In this document: positions 1-11,210 of the stretch, piece by piece | Layout: every line of letters starts with the position of its first letter | Numbering within the stretch: position 1 is the first letter of the stretch | DNA from: Eledone cirrhosa | Lineage: Eukaryota | NCBI GenBank assembly: GCA_964016885.1 | Contig: OZ024744.1 | Location: forward strand, 24,118,001 to 24,182,000 | Reading direction: 5' to 3' | Length of the DNA: 64,000 nucleotides | Made by a program: the position numbers and the translations under genes | The notes under the pieces: model-generated | Seen by the model: only the letters and a program-made list of their open reading frames with translations | Database searches by the model: none | What the model was told of the DNA's origin: nothing

Positions 1-54
1 TCAACCTTAAGAACTGACTCATTTTAACAAAAGTTGAATCTTAAAATAAAACTC

Positions 55-88
55 GTTTTAACAACAGTTGAATCTTAAGAACTGACTC
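55..88 (+). repeat. Example A-type monomer GTTTTAACAACAGTTGAATCTTAAGAACTGACTC
   Basis: Read directly. The variable box is ACTG. Common subvariants are AACTGATTC, AACTGTCTC, AACTGGCTC, AACTAACTC and AACTGACAC. Confidence 0.97.
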
Positions 89-122
89 GTTTTAACAACA
101 GTTGAATCTTAAGATAAAACTC
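89..122 (+). repeat. Example B-type monomer GTTTTAACAACAGTTGAATCTTAAGATAAAACTC
   Basis: Read directly. The variable box is TAAA. Common subvariants are GATTAAAC, GACAAAACCC, GATAAACCTC, CTTCAAATAAAAC and the 33-bp GATAAACTC. Confidence 0.97.
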
Positions 123-3100
123 GTTTTAACAACAGTTGAATCTTAAGAACTGTCTCGTTTTAACAACAGTTGAATCTTAAGAACTAACTCGTTTTAACAA
201 CAGTTTAATCTTAAGAACTGACTCGTTTTAACAACAGTTGAATCTTAAGAACTGACTCGATTTATAAACAGTTCAACCTTAAGAACTGACTCGTTTTAAC
301 AACAGTTGAATCTTCAAATAAAACTCGTTTTAACAACAGTTGAATATTAAGAACTGACTCGTTTTAACAGCAGTTGAATCTTAATATAAAACTCGTTTTA
401 ACAACAGTTGAATCTTAATATAAAACTCGTTTTAACAACAGTTGAATCTTAAGAACTGACTCGTTTTAATAACAGTTGAATCTTAAGATAGAACTCGTTT
501 TAACAACAGTTGAATCTTAAGAACTCACTCGTTTTATCAACAGTTCAACCTTAAGAACTGACTCATTTTAACAACAGTTGAATCTTCAAATAAAACTCGT
601 TTTAACAACAGTTGAATCTTAAGAACTGATTCGTTTTAACAACAGCTGAATCTTAAGATAAACTCGTTTTAACAACAGCTGAATCTTAAGATGAAACTCG
701 TTTTAACAACAGTTGAATCTTAAGAACTGACTCGTTTTATCAACAGTTCAACCTTAAGAACTGACTCATTTTAACAACAGTTGAATCTTCAAATAAAACT
801 CGTTTTAACAACAGTTGAATCTTAAGATAAACCTCGTTTTAACAACAGTTTAATCTTAAGAACTGACTCGTTTTAACAACAGTTGAACCTCATATAACAT
901 TCGTTTTAACAACAGTTGAATCTTAAGAACTGATTCGTTTTAACAACAGTTCAAACTTAAGAACTGACTCGTTTTAACAACAGCTGAATCTTAAGATGAA
1001 ACTCGTTTTAACAACAGTTGAATCTTAAGAACTGACTCGTTTTATCAACAGTTCAACCTTAAGAACTGACTCATTTTAACAACAGTTGAATCTTCAAATA
1101 AAACTCGTTTTAACAACAGTTGAATCTTAAGAACTGATTCGTTTTAACAACAGCTGAATCTTAAGATAAACTCGTTTTAACAACAGTTGAATCTTAAGAT
1201 AAAATTCGTTTTAACAACAGTTGAATCTTAAGAACTGACTCGTTTTAACAACAGTTGAATCTTAAGATAAAACTCGTTTTAACAACAGTTGAATCTTAAG
1301 AACTGACTCGTTTTATCAACAGTTCAACCTTAAGAACTGACTCGTTTTAACAACAGTTGAATCTTCAAATAAAACTCGTTTTAACAACAGTTGAATCTAA
1401 AGAACTGACTCGTTTTAACAACAGTTGAATCTTAAGATAAAACTCGTTTTAACAACAGTTGAATCTTAAGAACTGACTCATTTTAACAACAGTTGAATCG
1501 TAAGATAAAACACGTTTTAACAACAGTTGAATCTTAAGACAAAACCCGTTTTAACAACAGTTGAATCTTAAGAACTGTCTCGTTTTAACGACAGTTGAAT
1601 CTTAAGAACTGACTCGTTTTAACAGCAGTTGAATCTTAATATAAAACTCGTTTTAACAACAGTTGAATCTGAAGATAAAACTCGTTTTAACAACAGTTGA
1701 ATCTTAAGAACTGACTCGTTTTAATAACAGTTGAATCTTAAGATAAAACTCGTTTTAACAACAGTTGAATCTTAAGAACTGACTCGTTTTAACAACAGTT
1801 GAATCTTAAGAACTGACTCGTTTTATCAACAGTTCAACCTTAAGAACTGACTCATTTTAACAACAGTTGAATCTTCAAATAAAACTCGTTTTAACAACAG
1901 TTGAATCTTCAGATAAAACTCGTTTTAACTACAGTTGAATCTTAAGAACTGACTCGTTTTAACAACAGCTGAATCTTAAGATAAAACTCGTTTTAACAAC
2001 AGTTGAATCTTAAGAACTGATTCGTTTTAACAACAGATGAATCTTAAGATAAACCTCGTTTTAACAACAGTTGAATCTTAAGATAAAACTCGTTTTAACA
2101 ACGGTTGAATCTTAAGAACTGACTCGTTTTAACAACAGCTGAATCTTAAGATAAAACTCGTATTAACAACAGTTGAATATTAAGAACTGACACGTTTTAT
2201 CAACAGTTCAACCTTAAGAACTGACTCGTTTTAACAACAGTTGAATCTTCAAATAAAACTCGTTTTAACAACAGTTGAATCTAAAGAACTGACTCGTTTT
2301 AACAACAGTTGAATCTTAAGATAAAACTCGTTTTAACAACAGTTGAATCTTAAGAACTGACTCATTTTAACAACAGTTGAATCTTAAGATACAACTCGTT
2401 TTAACAATAGCTGAATCTTAAGATTAATCTCGTTTTAACAACAGTTGAATCTTAAGACAAAACCCGTTTTAACAACAGCTGAATCTTAAGATAAAACTCG
2501 TATTAACAACAGTTGAATCTTAAGAATTGACTCGTTTTAACAACAGTTCAAACTTAAGAACTGACTCGTGTTAACAACAGCTGAATCTTAAGATGAAACT
2601 CGTTTTAACAACAGTTGAATCTTAAGAACTGATTCGTTTTAACAACAGCTGAATCTTAAGATAAACTCGTTTTAACAACAGTTGAATCTTAAGATAAAAC
2701 TTGTTTTAACAACAGTTGTATCTTAAGAACTGATTCGTTTTAACAACAGATGAATCTTAAGATAATCCTCGTTTTAACAACAGTTGCATCTTGAGAACTG
2801 GCTCGTTTAAACAACAGTTGAATCTTAAGATAAAACTCGTTTTAACAACAGTTGAATCTTAAGAACTGACTCGTTTTAACAACAGTTGAATCTTAAGAGA
2901 AAACTCGTTTTAACAACAGTTGAATCTTAAGAACTGACTCATTTTAACAACAGTTGAATCTTAAGAAAAATCTCGTTTTAACAACAGCTGAATCTTAAGA
3001 TTAAACTCGTTTTAACAACAGTTGAATCTTAAGACAAAACCCGTTTTAACAACAGTTGAATCTTAAGAACTGTCTCGTTTTAACGACAGTTGAATCTTAA

Positions 3101-6029
3101 GAACTGACTCGTTTTAACAACAGCTGAATCTTAAGATTAAACTCGTTTTAACAACAGTTGAATCTTAAGACAAAACCCGTTTTAACAACAGTTGAATCTT
3201 AAGAACTGTCTCGTTTTAACAACAGTTGAATCTTAAGATAAACCTCGTTTTAACAACAGTTTAATCTTAAGAACTGACTCGTTTTAACAACAGTTGAATC
3301 TTAAGGTAAAATTCGTTTTAACAACAGTTGAATCTTAAGAACTGACTCGTTTTATAAACAGTTCAACCTTAAGAACTGACTCGTTTTAACAACTGTTGAA
3401 TCTTCAAATAAAACTCGTTTTAACAAAAGTTGAATATTAAGAACTGACTCGTTTTAACAGCAGTTGAATCTTAATCTAAAACTCGTTTTAATAACAGTTG
3501 AAGCTTAAGATAAAACTCGTTTTAACAACAGTTGAATCTTAAGAACTTACTCGTGTTAACAACAGGTGAATTTTAAGATAAAACTCGTTTTAACAACTGT
3601 TGAATCTTAAGAACTGACTCGTTTTATCAACAGTTCAACCTTAAGAACTGACTCATTTTAACAAAAGTTGAATCTTCAAATAAAACTCGTTTTAACAACA
3701 GTTGAATGTTAAGAACTGATTCGTTTTAACAACAGCTGAATCTTAAGATAAACTCGTTTTAACAACAGTTGAATCTTAAGATAAACCTCGTTTTAACAAC
3801 AGTTTAATCTTAAGAACTGACTCGTTTTAACAACAGTTGAATCTTAAGATAAAACTCGTTTTAACAACAGTTGAATCTTAAGATAAAACTCGTTTTAACA
3901 ACAGTTGAATCTTAAGAACTGACTCGTTTTAATAACAGTTGAATCTTAAGATAAAACTCGTTTTAACAACAGTTCAATCTTAAGAACTGACTCGTTTTAA
4001 CAACAGCTGAAGTTTAAGATAAAACTCGTTTTAACAACAGTTGAATCTTAAGAACTGACTCGTTTTATCAACAGTTCAACCTTAAGAACTGACTCATTTT
4101 AACAACAGTTGAATCTTCAAATAAAACTCGTTTTAACAACAGTTGAATCTTAAGAACTGATTCGTTTTAACAACAGCTGAATCTTAAGATAAACTCGTTT
4201 TAACAACAGTTGAATGTTAAGATAAAATTCGTTTTAACAACAGTTTAATCTTAAGAACTGACTCGTTTTAACAACAGTTGAATCTTAAGATAAAATTCGT
4301 TTTAACAACAGTTGCATCTTAAGAACTGACTCGTTTTAACAACAGTTGAATCTTAAGATAAAATTCGTTTTAACAACAGTTGCATCTTAAGAACTGGCTC
4401 GTTTAAACAACAGTTGAATCTTAAGGTAAAACTCGTTTTAACAACAGTTGAATCTTAAGAACTGACTCGTTTTAACAACAGTTAATTCTTAAGATAAAAC
4501 TCGTTTTAACAACAGTTGAATCTTAAGAACTGACTCGTTTTATCAACAGTTCAACCTTAAGAACTGAATGGTTTTAACAACAGTTGAATCTACAAATAAA
4601 ACTCGTTTTAACAACAGTTGAATCTAAAGAACTGACTCGTTTTAACAACAGTTGAATCTTAAAATAAAACTCGTTTTAACAACAGTTGAATCTTAAGAAC
4701 TGACTCATTTTAACAACAGTTGAATCTTAAGATAAAACTCGTTTTAACAACAGCTGAATCTTAAGATTAAACTCGTTTTAACAACAGTTGAATCATGAGA
4801 CAAAACCCGTTTTAACAACAGTTGAATCTTAAGAACTGTCTCGTTTTAACGACAGTTGAATCTTAAGAACTGACTCATTTTAACAACAGTTGAATCTTCA
4901 AATAAAACTCGTTTTAACAACAGTTGGATCTTAAGAACTGATTCGTTTTAACAACAGCTGAATCTTAAGATAAACTCGTTTTAACAACAGTTGAATCTTA
5001 AGATAAAACTCGTTTTAACTACAGTTGAATCTTAAGAACTGACTCGTTTTAACAACAGCTGAATCTTAAGATAAAACTCGTTTTAACAACAGTTGAATCT
5101 TAAGAACTGATTCGTTTTAACAACAGATGAATCTTAAGATAAACCTCGTTTTATCAACAGTTGCATCTTAAGAACTGGCTCGTTGAAACAACAGTTGAAT
5201 TTTAAGATAAAACTCGTTTTAACAACAGTTGAATCTTAAGAACTGACTCGTTTTATCAACAGTTCAACCTTAAGAACTGACTCATTTTAACAACAGTTGA
5301 ATCTTCAAATAAAACTCGTATTAACAACAGTTGAATCTTAAGAACTGACTCGTTTTATCAACAGTTCAACCTTAAGAACTGACTCGTTTTAACAACAGTT
5401 GAATCTTCAAATAAAACTCGTTTTAACAACAGTTGAATCTAAAGAACTGACTCGTTTTAACAACAGTTGAATCTTAAGATAAAACTCGTTTTAACAACAG
5501 TTGAATCTTAAGAACTGACTCATTTTAACAACGGTTGAATCTTAATATAAAACTCGTTTTAACAACAGCTGAATCTTAAGATTAAACTCGTTTTAACAAC
5601 AGTTGAATCTTAAGACGAAACCCGTTTTAACAACAGTTGAATCTTAAGAACTGTCTCGTTTTAACGACAGTTGAATCTTAAGAACTGACTCGTTTTAACA
5701 ACAGCTGAATCTTAAGATTAAACTCGTTTTAACAACAGTTGAATCTTAAGACAAAACCCGTTTTAACAACAGTTGAATCTTAAGAACTGTCTCGTTTTAG
5801 CGACAGTTGAATCTTAAGAACTGACTCGTTTTAACAGCAGTTGAATCTTAATATAAAACTCGTTTTAACAACAGTTGAATCTTAAGATAAAACTCGTTTT
5901 AACAACAGTTGAATCTTAAGAACTAACTCGTTTTAACAACAGTTGAATCTTAAGATAAAACTCGTTTTAACAACAGTTGAATCTTAAGAACTGACTCGTT
6001 TTAACAACAGCTGAATCTTAAGATAAAAC

Positions 6030-9000
6030 TCGTATTAACAACAGTTGAATCTTAAGAACTGACACGTTTTATCAACAGTTCAACCTTAAGAACTGACTCG
6101 TTTTAACAACAGTTGAATCTTCAAATAAAACTCGTTTTAACAACAGTTGAATCTAAAGAACTGACTCGTTTTAACAACAGTTGAATCTTAAGATAAAACT
6201 CGTTTTAACAACAGTTGAATCTTAAGAACTGACTCATTTTAACAACAGTTGAATCTTAAGATACAACTCGTTTCAACAACAGCTGAATCTTAAGATTAAT
6301 CTCGTTTTAACAACAGTTGAATCTTAAGACAAAACCCGTTTTAACAACAGTTGAATCTTAAGAACCGTCTCGATTTAACGACAGTTGAATCTTAAGAACT
6401 GACTCGTTTTAACAACAGCTGGATCTTAAGATTAAACTCGTTTTAACAACAGTTGAATCTTAAGACAAAACCCGTTTTAACAACAGTTGAATCTTAAGAA
6501 CTGTCTCGTTTTAACAACAGTTGAATCTTATGATAAACCTCGTTTTAACAACAGTTTAATCTTAAAAACTGACTCGTTTTAACAACAGTTGAATCTTAAG
6601 ATAAAATTCGTTTTAACAACAGTTGAATCTTAAGAACTGATTCGTTTTAACAACAGTTCAAACTTAAGAACTGACTCGTTTTAACAACAGTTGAATCTTA
6701 TGATAAAACTCATTTTAACAACAGTTGAATCTTAAGAACTGATTCGTTTTAACAACAGTTCAAACTTAAGAACTGATTCGTTTTAACAACAGATGAATCT
6801 TAAGATAAACCTTGTTTTAACAACAGTTGAATCTTAAGAACTGTCTCGATTTAACGACAGTTGAATCTTAAGAACTGACTCGTTTTAACAACAGTTGAAT
6901 CTTAAGATAAAACTCGTTTTAAAATCAGTTGAATCTTAAGAACTGACTAATTTTAACAACAGCTGAATCTTAAGAACTGACTCGTTTTAACAACAGTTGA
7001 ATCTTAAGAACTGACTCGTTTTAACGACAGTTGAATCTTATGATAAAACTCATTTTAACAACAGTTGAATGTTAAGATAAAACTCGTTTTAACAACAGTT
7101 GAATCTTAAGAACTGACTCTTTTTAACAACAGTTGAATGTTAAGATAAAACTCGTTTTAACAACAGTTGAATCTTAAGAACTGACTCGTTTTAACAACAG
7201 TTGAATCTTAAGAACTGACTCGTTTTAACAACAGTTGAATCTTATGATAAAACCCATTTTAACAACAGTTGAATCTTAAGATTAAACTCGTTTTAACAAC
7301 AGTTGAATCTTAAGAACTGACTCGTTTTATCAACATTTCAACCTTAAGAACTGACTCGTTTTAACAACAGATGAATCTTCAAATAAAACTGGTTTTAACA
7401 ACAGTTGAATCTTAAGAACTGACTCGTTTTAACAGGAGTTGAATCTTAAGAACTGATTCGTTTTAACAACAGTTCAAACTTAAGAACTGACTCGTATTAA
7501 CAACAGTTGAATCTTATTATAAAACTCATTTTAACAACAGTTGAATCTTAAGAACTGATTCGTTTTAACAACAGATGAATCTTAAGATAAACCTCGTTTT
7601 AACAACAGTTGCATCTTAGGAACTGGCTCGTTTAAACAACAGTTGAATCTTAAGATAAAACACGTTTTAACAACAGTTGAATCTTAAGAAATGACTCGTA
7701 TTAACAACAGTTGAATCTTAAGAACTGACACGTTTTATCAACAGTTCAACCTTAAGAACTGACTCGTTTTAACAACAGTTGAATCTTCAAATAAAACTCG
7801 TTTTAACAACAGTTGAATCTAAAGAACTGACTCGTTTTAACAACAGTTGAATCTTAAGATAAAACTCGTTTTAACAACAGTTGAATCTTAAGAACTGACT
7901 CATTTTAACAACAGTTGAATCTTAAGATACAACTCGTTTTAACAACAGCTGAATCTTAAGATTAATCTCGTTTTAACAACAGTTGAATCTTAAGACAAAA
8001 CCCGTTTTAACAACAGTTGAATCTTAAGAACCGTCTCGATTTAACGACAGTTGAATCTTAAGAACTGACTCGTTTTAACAACAGCTGGATCTTAAGATTA
8101 AACTCGTTTTAACAACAGTTGAATCTTAAGACAAAACCCGTTTTAACAACAGTTGAATCTTAAGAACTGTCTCGTTTTAACAACAGTTGAATCTTAAGAT
8201 AAACCTCGTTTTAACAACAGTTTAATCTTAAAAACTGACTCGTTTTAACAACAGTTGAATCTTAAGATAAAATTCGTTTTAACAACAGTTGAATCTTAAG
8301 AACTGATTCGTTTTAACAACAGTTCAAACTTAAGAACTGACTCGTTTTAACAACAGTTGAATCTTATGATAAAACTCATTTTAACAACAGTTGAATCTTA
8401 AGAACTGATTCGTTTTAACAACAGTTCAAACTTAAGAACTGATTCGTTTTAACAACAGATGAATCTTAAGATAAACCTTGTTTTAACAACAGTTGAATCT
8501 TAAGAACTGTCTCGATTTAACGACAGTTGAATCTTAAGAACTGACTCGTTTTAACAACAGTTGAATCTTAAGATAAAACTCGTTTTAAAATCAGTTGAAT
8601 CTTAAGAACTGACTAATTTTAACAACAGCTGAATCTTAAGAACTGACTCGTTTTAACAACAGTTGAATCTTAAGAACTGACTCGTTTTAACGACAGTTGA
8701 ATCTTATGATAAAACTCATTTTAACAACAGTTGAATGTTAAGATAAAACTCGTTTTAACAACAGTTGAATCTTAAGAACTGACTCTTTTTAACAACAGTT
8801 GAATGTTAAGATAAAACTCGTTTTAACAACAGTTGAATCTTAAGAACTGACTCGTTTTAACAACAGTTGAATCTTAAGAACTGACTCGTTTTAACAACAG
8901 TTGAATCTTATGATAAAACCCATTTTAACAACAGTTGAATCTTAAGATTAAACTCGTTTTAACAACAGTTGAATCTTAAGAACTGACTCGTTTTATCAAC

Positions 9001-9361
9001 ATTTCAACCTTAAGAACTGACTCGTTTTAACAACAGATGAATCTTCAAATAAAACTGGTTTTAACAACAGTTGAATCTTAAGAACTGACTCGTTTTAACA
9101 GGAGTTGAATCTTAAGAACTGATTCGTTTTAACAACAGTTCAAACTTAAGAACTGACTCGTATTAACAACAGTTGAATCTTATTATAAAACTCATTTTAA
9201 CAACAGTTGAATCTTAAGAACTGATTCGTTTTAACAACAGATGAATCTTAAGATAAACCTCGTTTTAACAACAGTTGCATCTTAGGAACTGGCTCGTTTA
9301 AACAACAGTTGAATCTTAAGATAAAACACGTTTTAACAACAGTTGAATCTTAAGAAATGAC
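6030..9361. repeat. Tandem block duplication, 2 x 1666 bp (49 monomers)
   Basis: Markers at a constant 1666 offset: GACAC 6061/7727, AAAATCAG 6921/8587, GGAG 7435/9101, GAAATGACTC 7688/9354. The copies differ at a few sites (e.g. TTTCAAC at 6271 in copy 1 only). Confidence 0.93.
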
Positions 9362-11210
9362 TCGTTTTAACAACAGTTGAATCTTAAGATAAACTCGTTT
9401 TAACAACAGTTGAATCTTAAGAACTGACTCGTTTTAACAACAGCTGAATCTTTAGATAAAACTCGTATTAACAACAGTTGAATCTTAAGAACTGACTTGT
9501 TTTATCAACAGTTCAACCTTAAGAACTGACTCGTTTTAACAACAGTTGAATCTTCAAATAAAACTCGTTTTAACAACAGTTGAATGTTATGATAAAACTC
9601 GTTTTAACAACAGTTGAATCTTAAGAACTGACTCTTTTTAACAACAGTTGAATCTTAAGATAATACTCGTTTTAACAACAGTTGAATTTTAAGATACAAT
9701 TGGTTTTAACAATAGTTGAATGTTAAGAACTATTTCGTTTTAACAACAGTGCAAACTTAAGAGCTGACTCGTTTTAACAACAGCTGAATCTTATGATAAA
9801 ACTCATTTTAACAACAGTTGAATCTTAAGATAAAACTCGTTTTACCAACAGTTGAATCTTAAGCACTGTCTCGTTTTAACAACAGTTGTATCTTAAGATA
9901 AAACTCGTTTTAACAACAGTTGAATCTTAAGAACTAATTCGTTTTAACAACAGTTGAATCTTTTGATAAAACCCATTTTAACAACAGTTGAATCTTAAGA
10001 TTAAACTCGTTTTAACAATAGTTGAATCTTAAGAACTGACTCGTTTTAACAACAGTTGAATCTTAAGAACTGACTCGTTTTATCAACATTTCAACCTTAA
10101 GAACTGACTCGTTTTAACAACAGTGGAATCTTCAAATAAAACTCGTTTTAACAACAGTTGAAACTTAAGAACTGACTCGTTTTAACAACAGTTGAATCTT
10201 AAGAACTGATTCGTTTTAACAACAGTTCAAACTTAAGAACTGACTCGTATTAACAACAGTTGAATCTTATTATAAAACTCATTTTAACAACAGTTGAATC
10301 TTAAGAACTGATTCGTTTTAACAACAGATGAATCTTAAGATAAACCTCGTTTTAACAACAGTTGCATCTTAAGAACTGGCTCGTTTAAACAACAGTTGAA
10401 TCTTAAGATAAAACTCGTTTTAACAACAGTTGAATCTTAAGATAAACTCGTTTTAACAACAGTTGAATCTTAAGAACTGACTCGTTTTAACAACAGCTGA
10501 ATCTTTAGATAAAACTCGTATTAACAACAGTTGAATCTTAAGAACTGACTCGTTTTATCAACAGTTCAACCTTAAGAACTGACTCGTTTTAACAACAGTT
10601 GAATCTTCAAATAAAACTCGTTTTAACAACAGTTGAATCTTAAGAACTGACTCGTTTTAACAACAGTTGAATGTTATGATAAAACTCGTTTTAACAACAG
10701 TTGAATCTTAAGAACTGACTCTTTTTAACAACAGTTGAATCTTAAGATAATACTCGTTTTAACAACAGTTGAATTTTAAGATAAAATTCGTTTTAACAAT
10801 AGTTGAATGTTAAGAACTCTTTCGTTTTAACAACAGTGCAAACTTAAGAGCTGACTCGTTTTAACAACAGCTGAATCTTATGATAAAACTCATTTTAACA
10901 ACAGTTGAATCTTAAGATAAAACTCGTTTTACCAACAGTTGAATCTTAAGCACTGTCTCGTTTTAACAACAGTTGAATCTTAAGATAAAACTCGTTTTAA
11001 CAACAGTTGAATCTTAAGAACTAACTCGTTTTAACAACAGTTGAATCTTTTGATAAAACCCATTTTAACAACAGTTGAATCTTAAGATTAAACTCGTTTT
11101 AACAATAGTTGAATCTTAAGAACTGACTCGTTTTAACAACAGTTGAATCTTAAGAACTGACTCGTTTTATCAACATTTCAACCTTAAGAACTGACTAGTT
11201 TTAACAACAG
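9170..11210. repeat. Older, imperfect block duplication, period 1053-1087 bp (31-32 monomers); boundaries approximate
   Basis: GCAAACTTAAGAGCTG 9751/10838 and TTTACCAAC (CC at 9845/10932) are offset by 1087. TTTAGAT 9451/10504 is offset by 1053, a one-monomer difference between copies. Confidence 0.8.

Noticed and set aside
643-648. Conserved E-box/MYB site (CAGTTG with variants CAGCTG, CAGATG and CAGGTG all fitting CANNTG; CAACTG fits YAACKG)
   Set aside because: Short motifs arise by chance, and frequent variants (CAGTTC, CAGTTT, CATTT, AAGTTG) destroy the site, so there is no evidence of selection.
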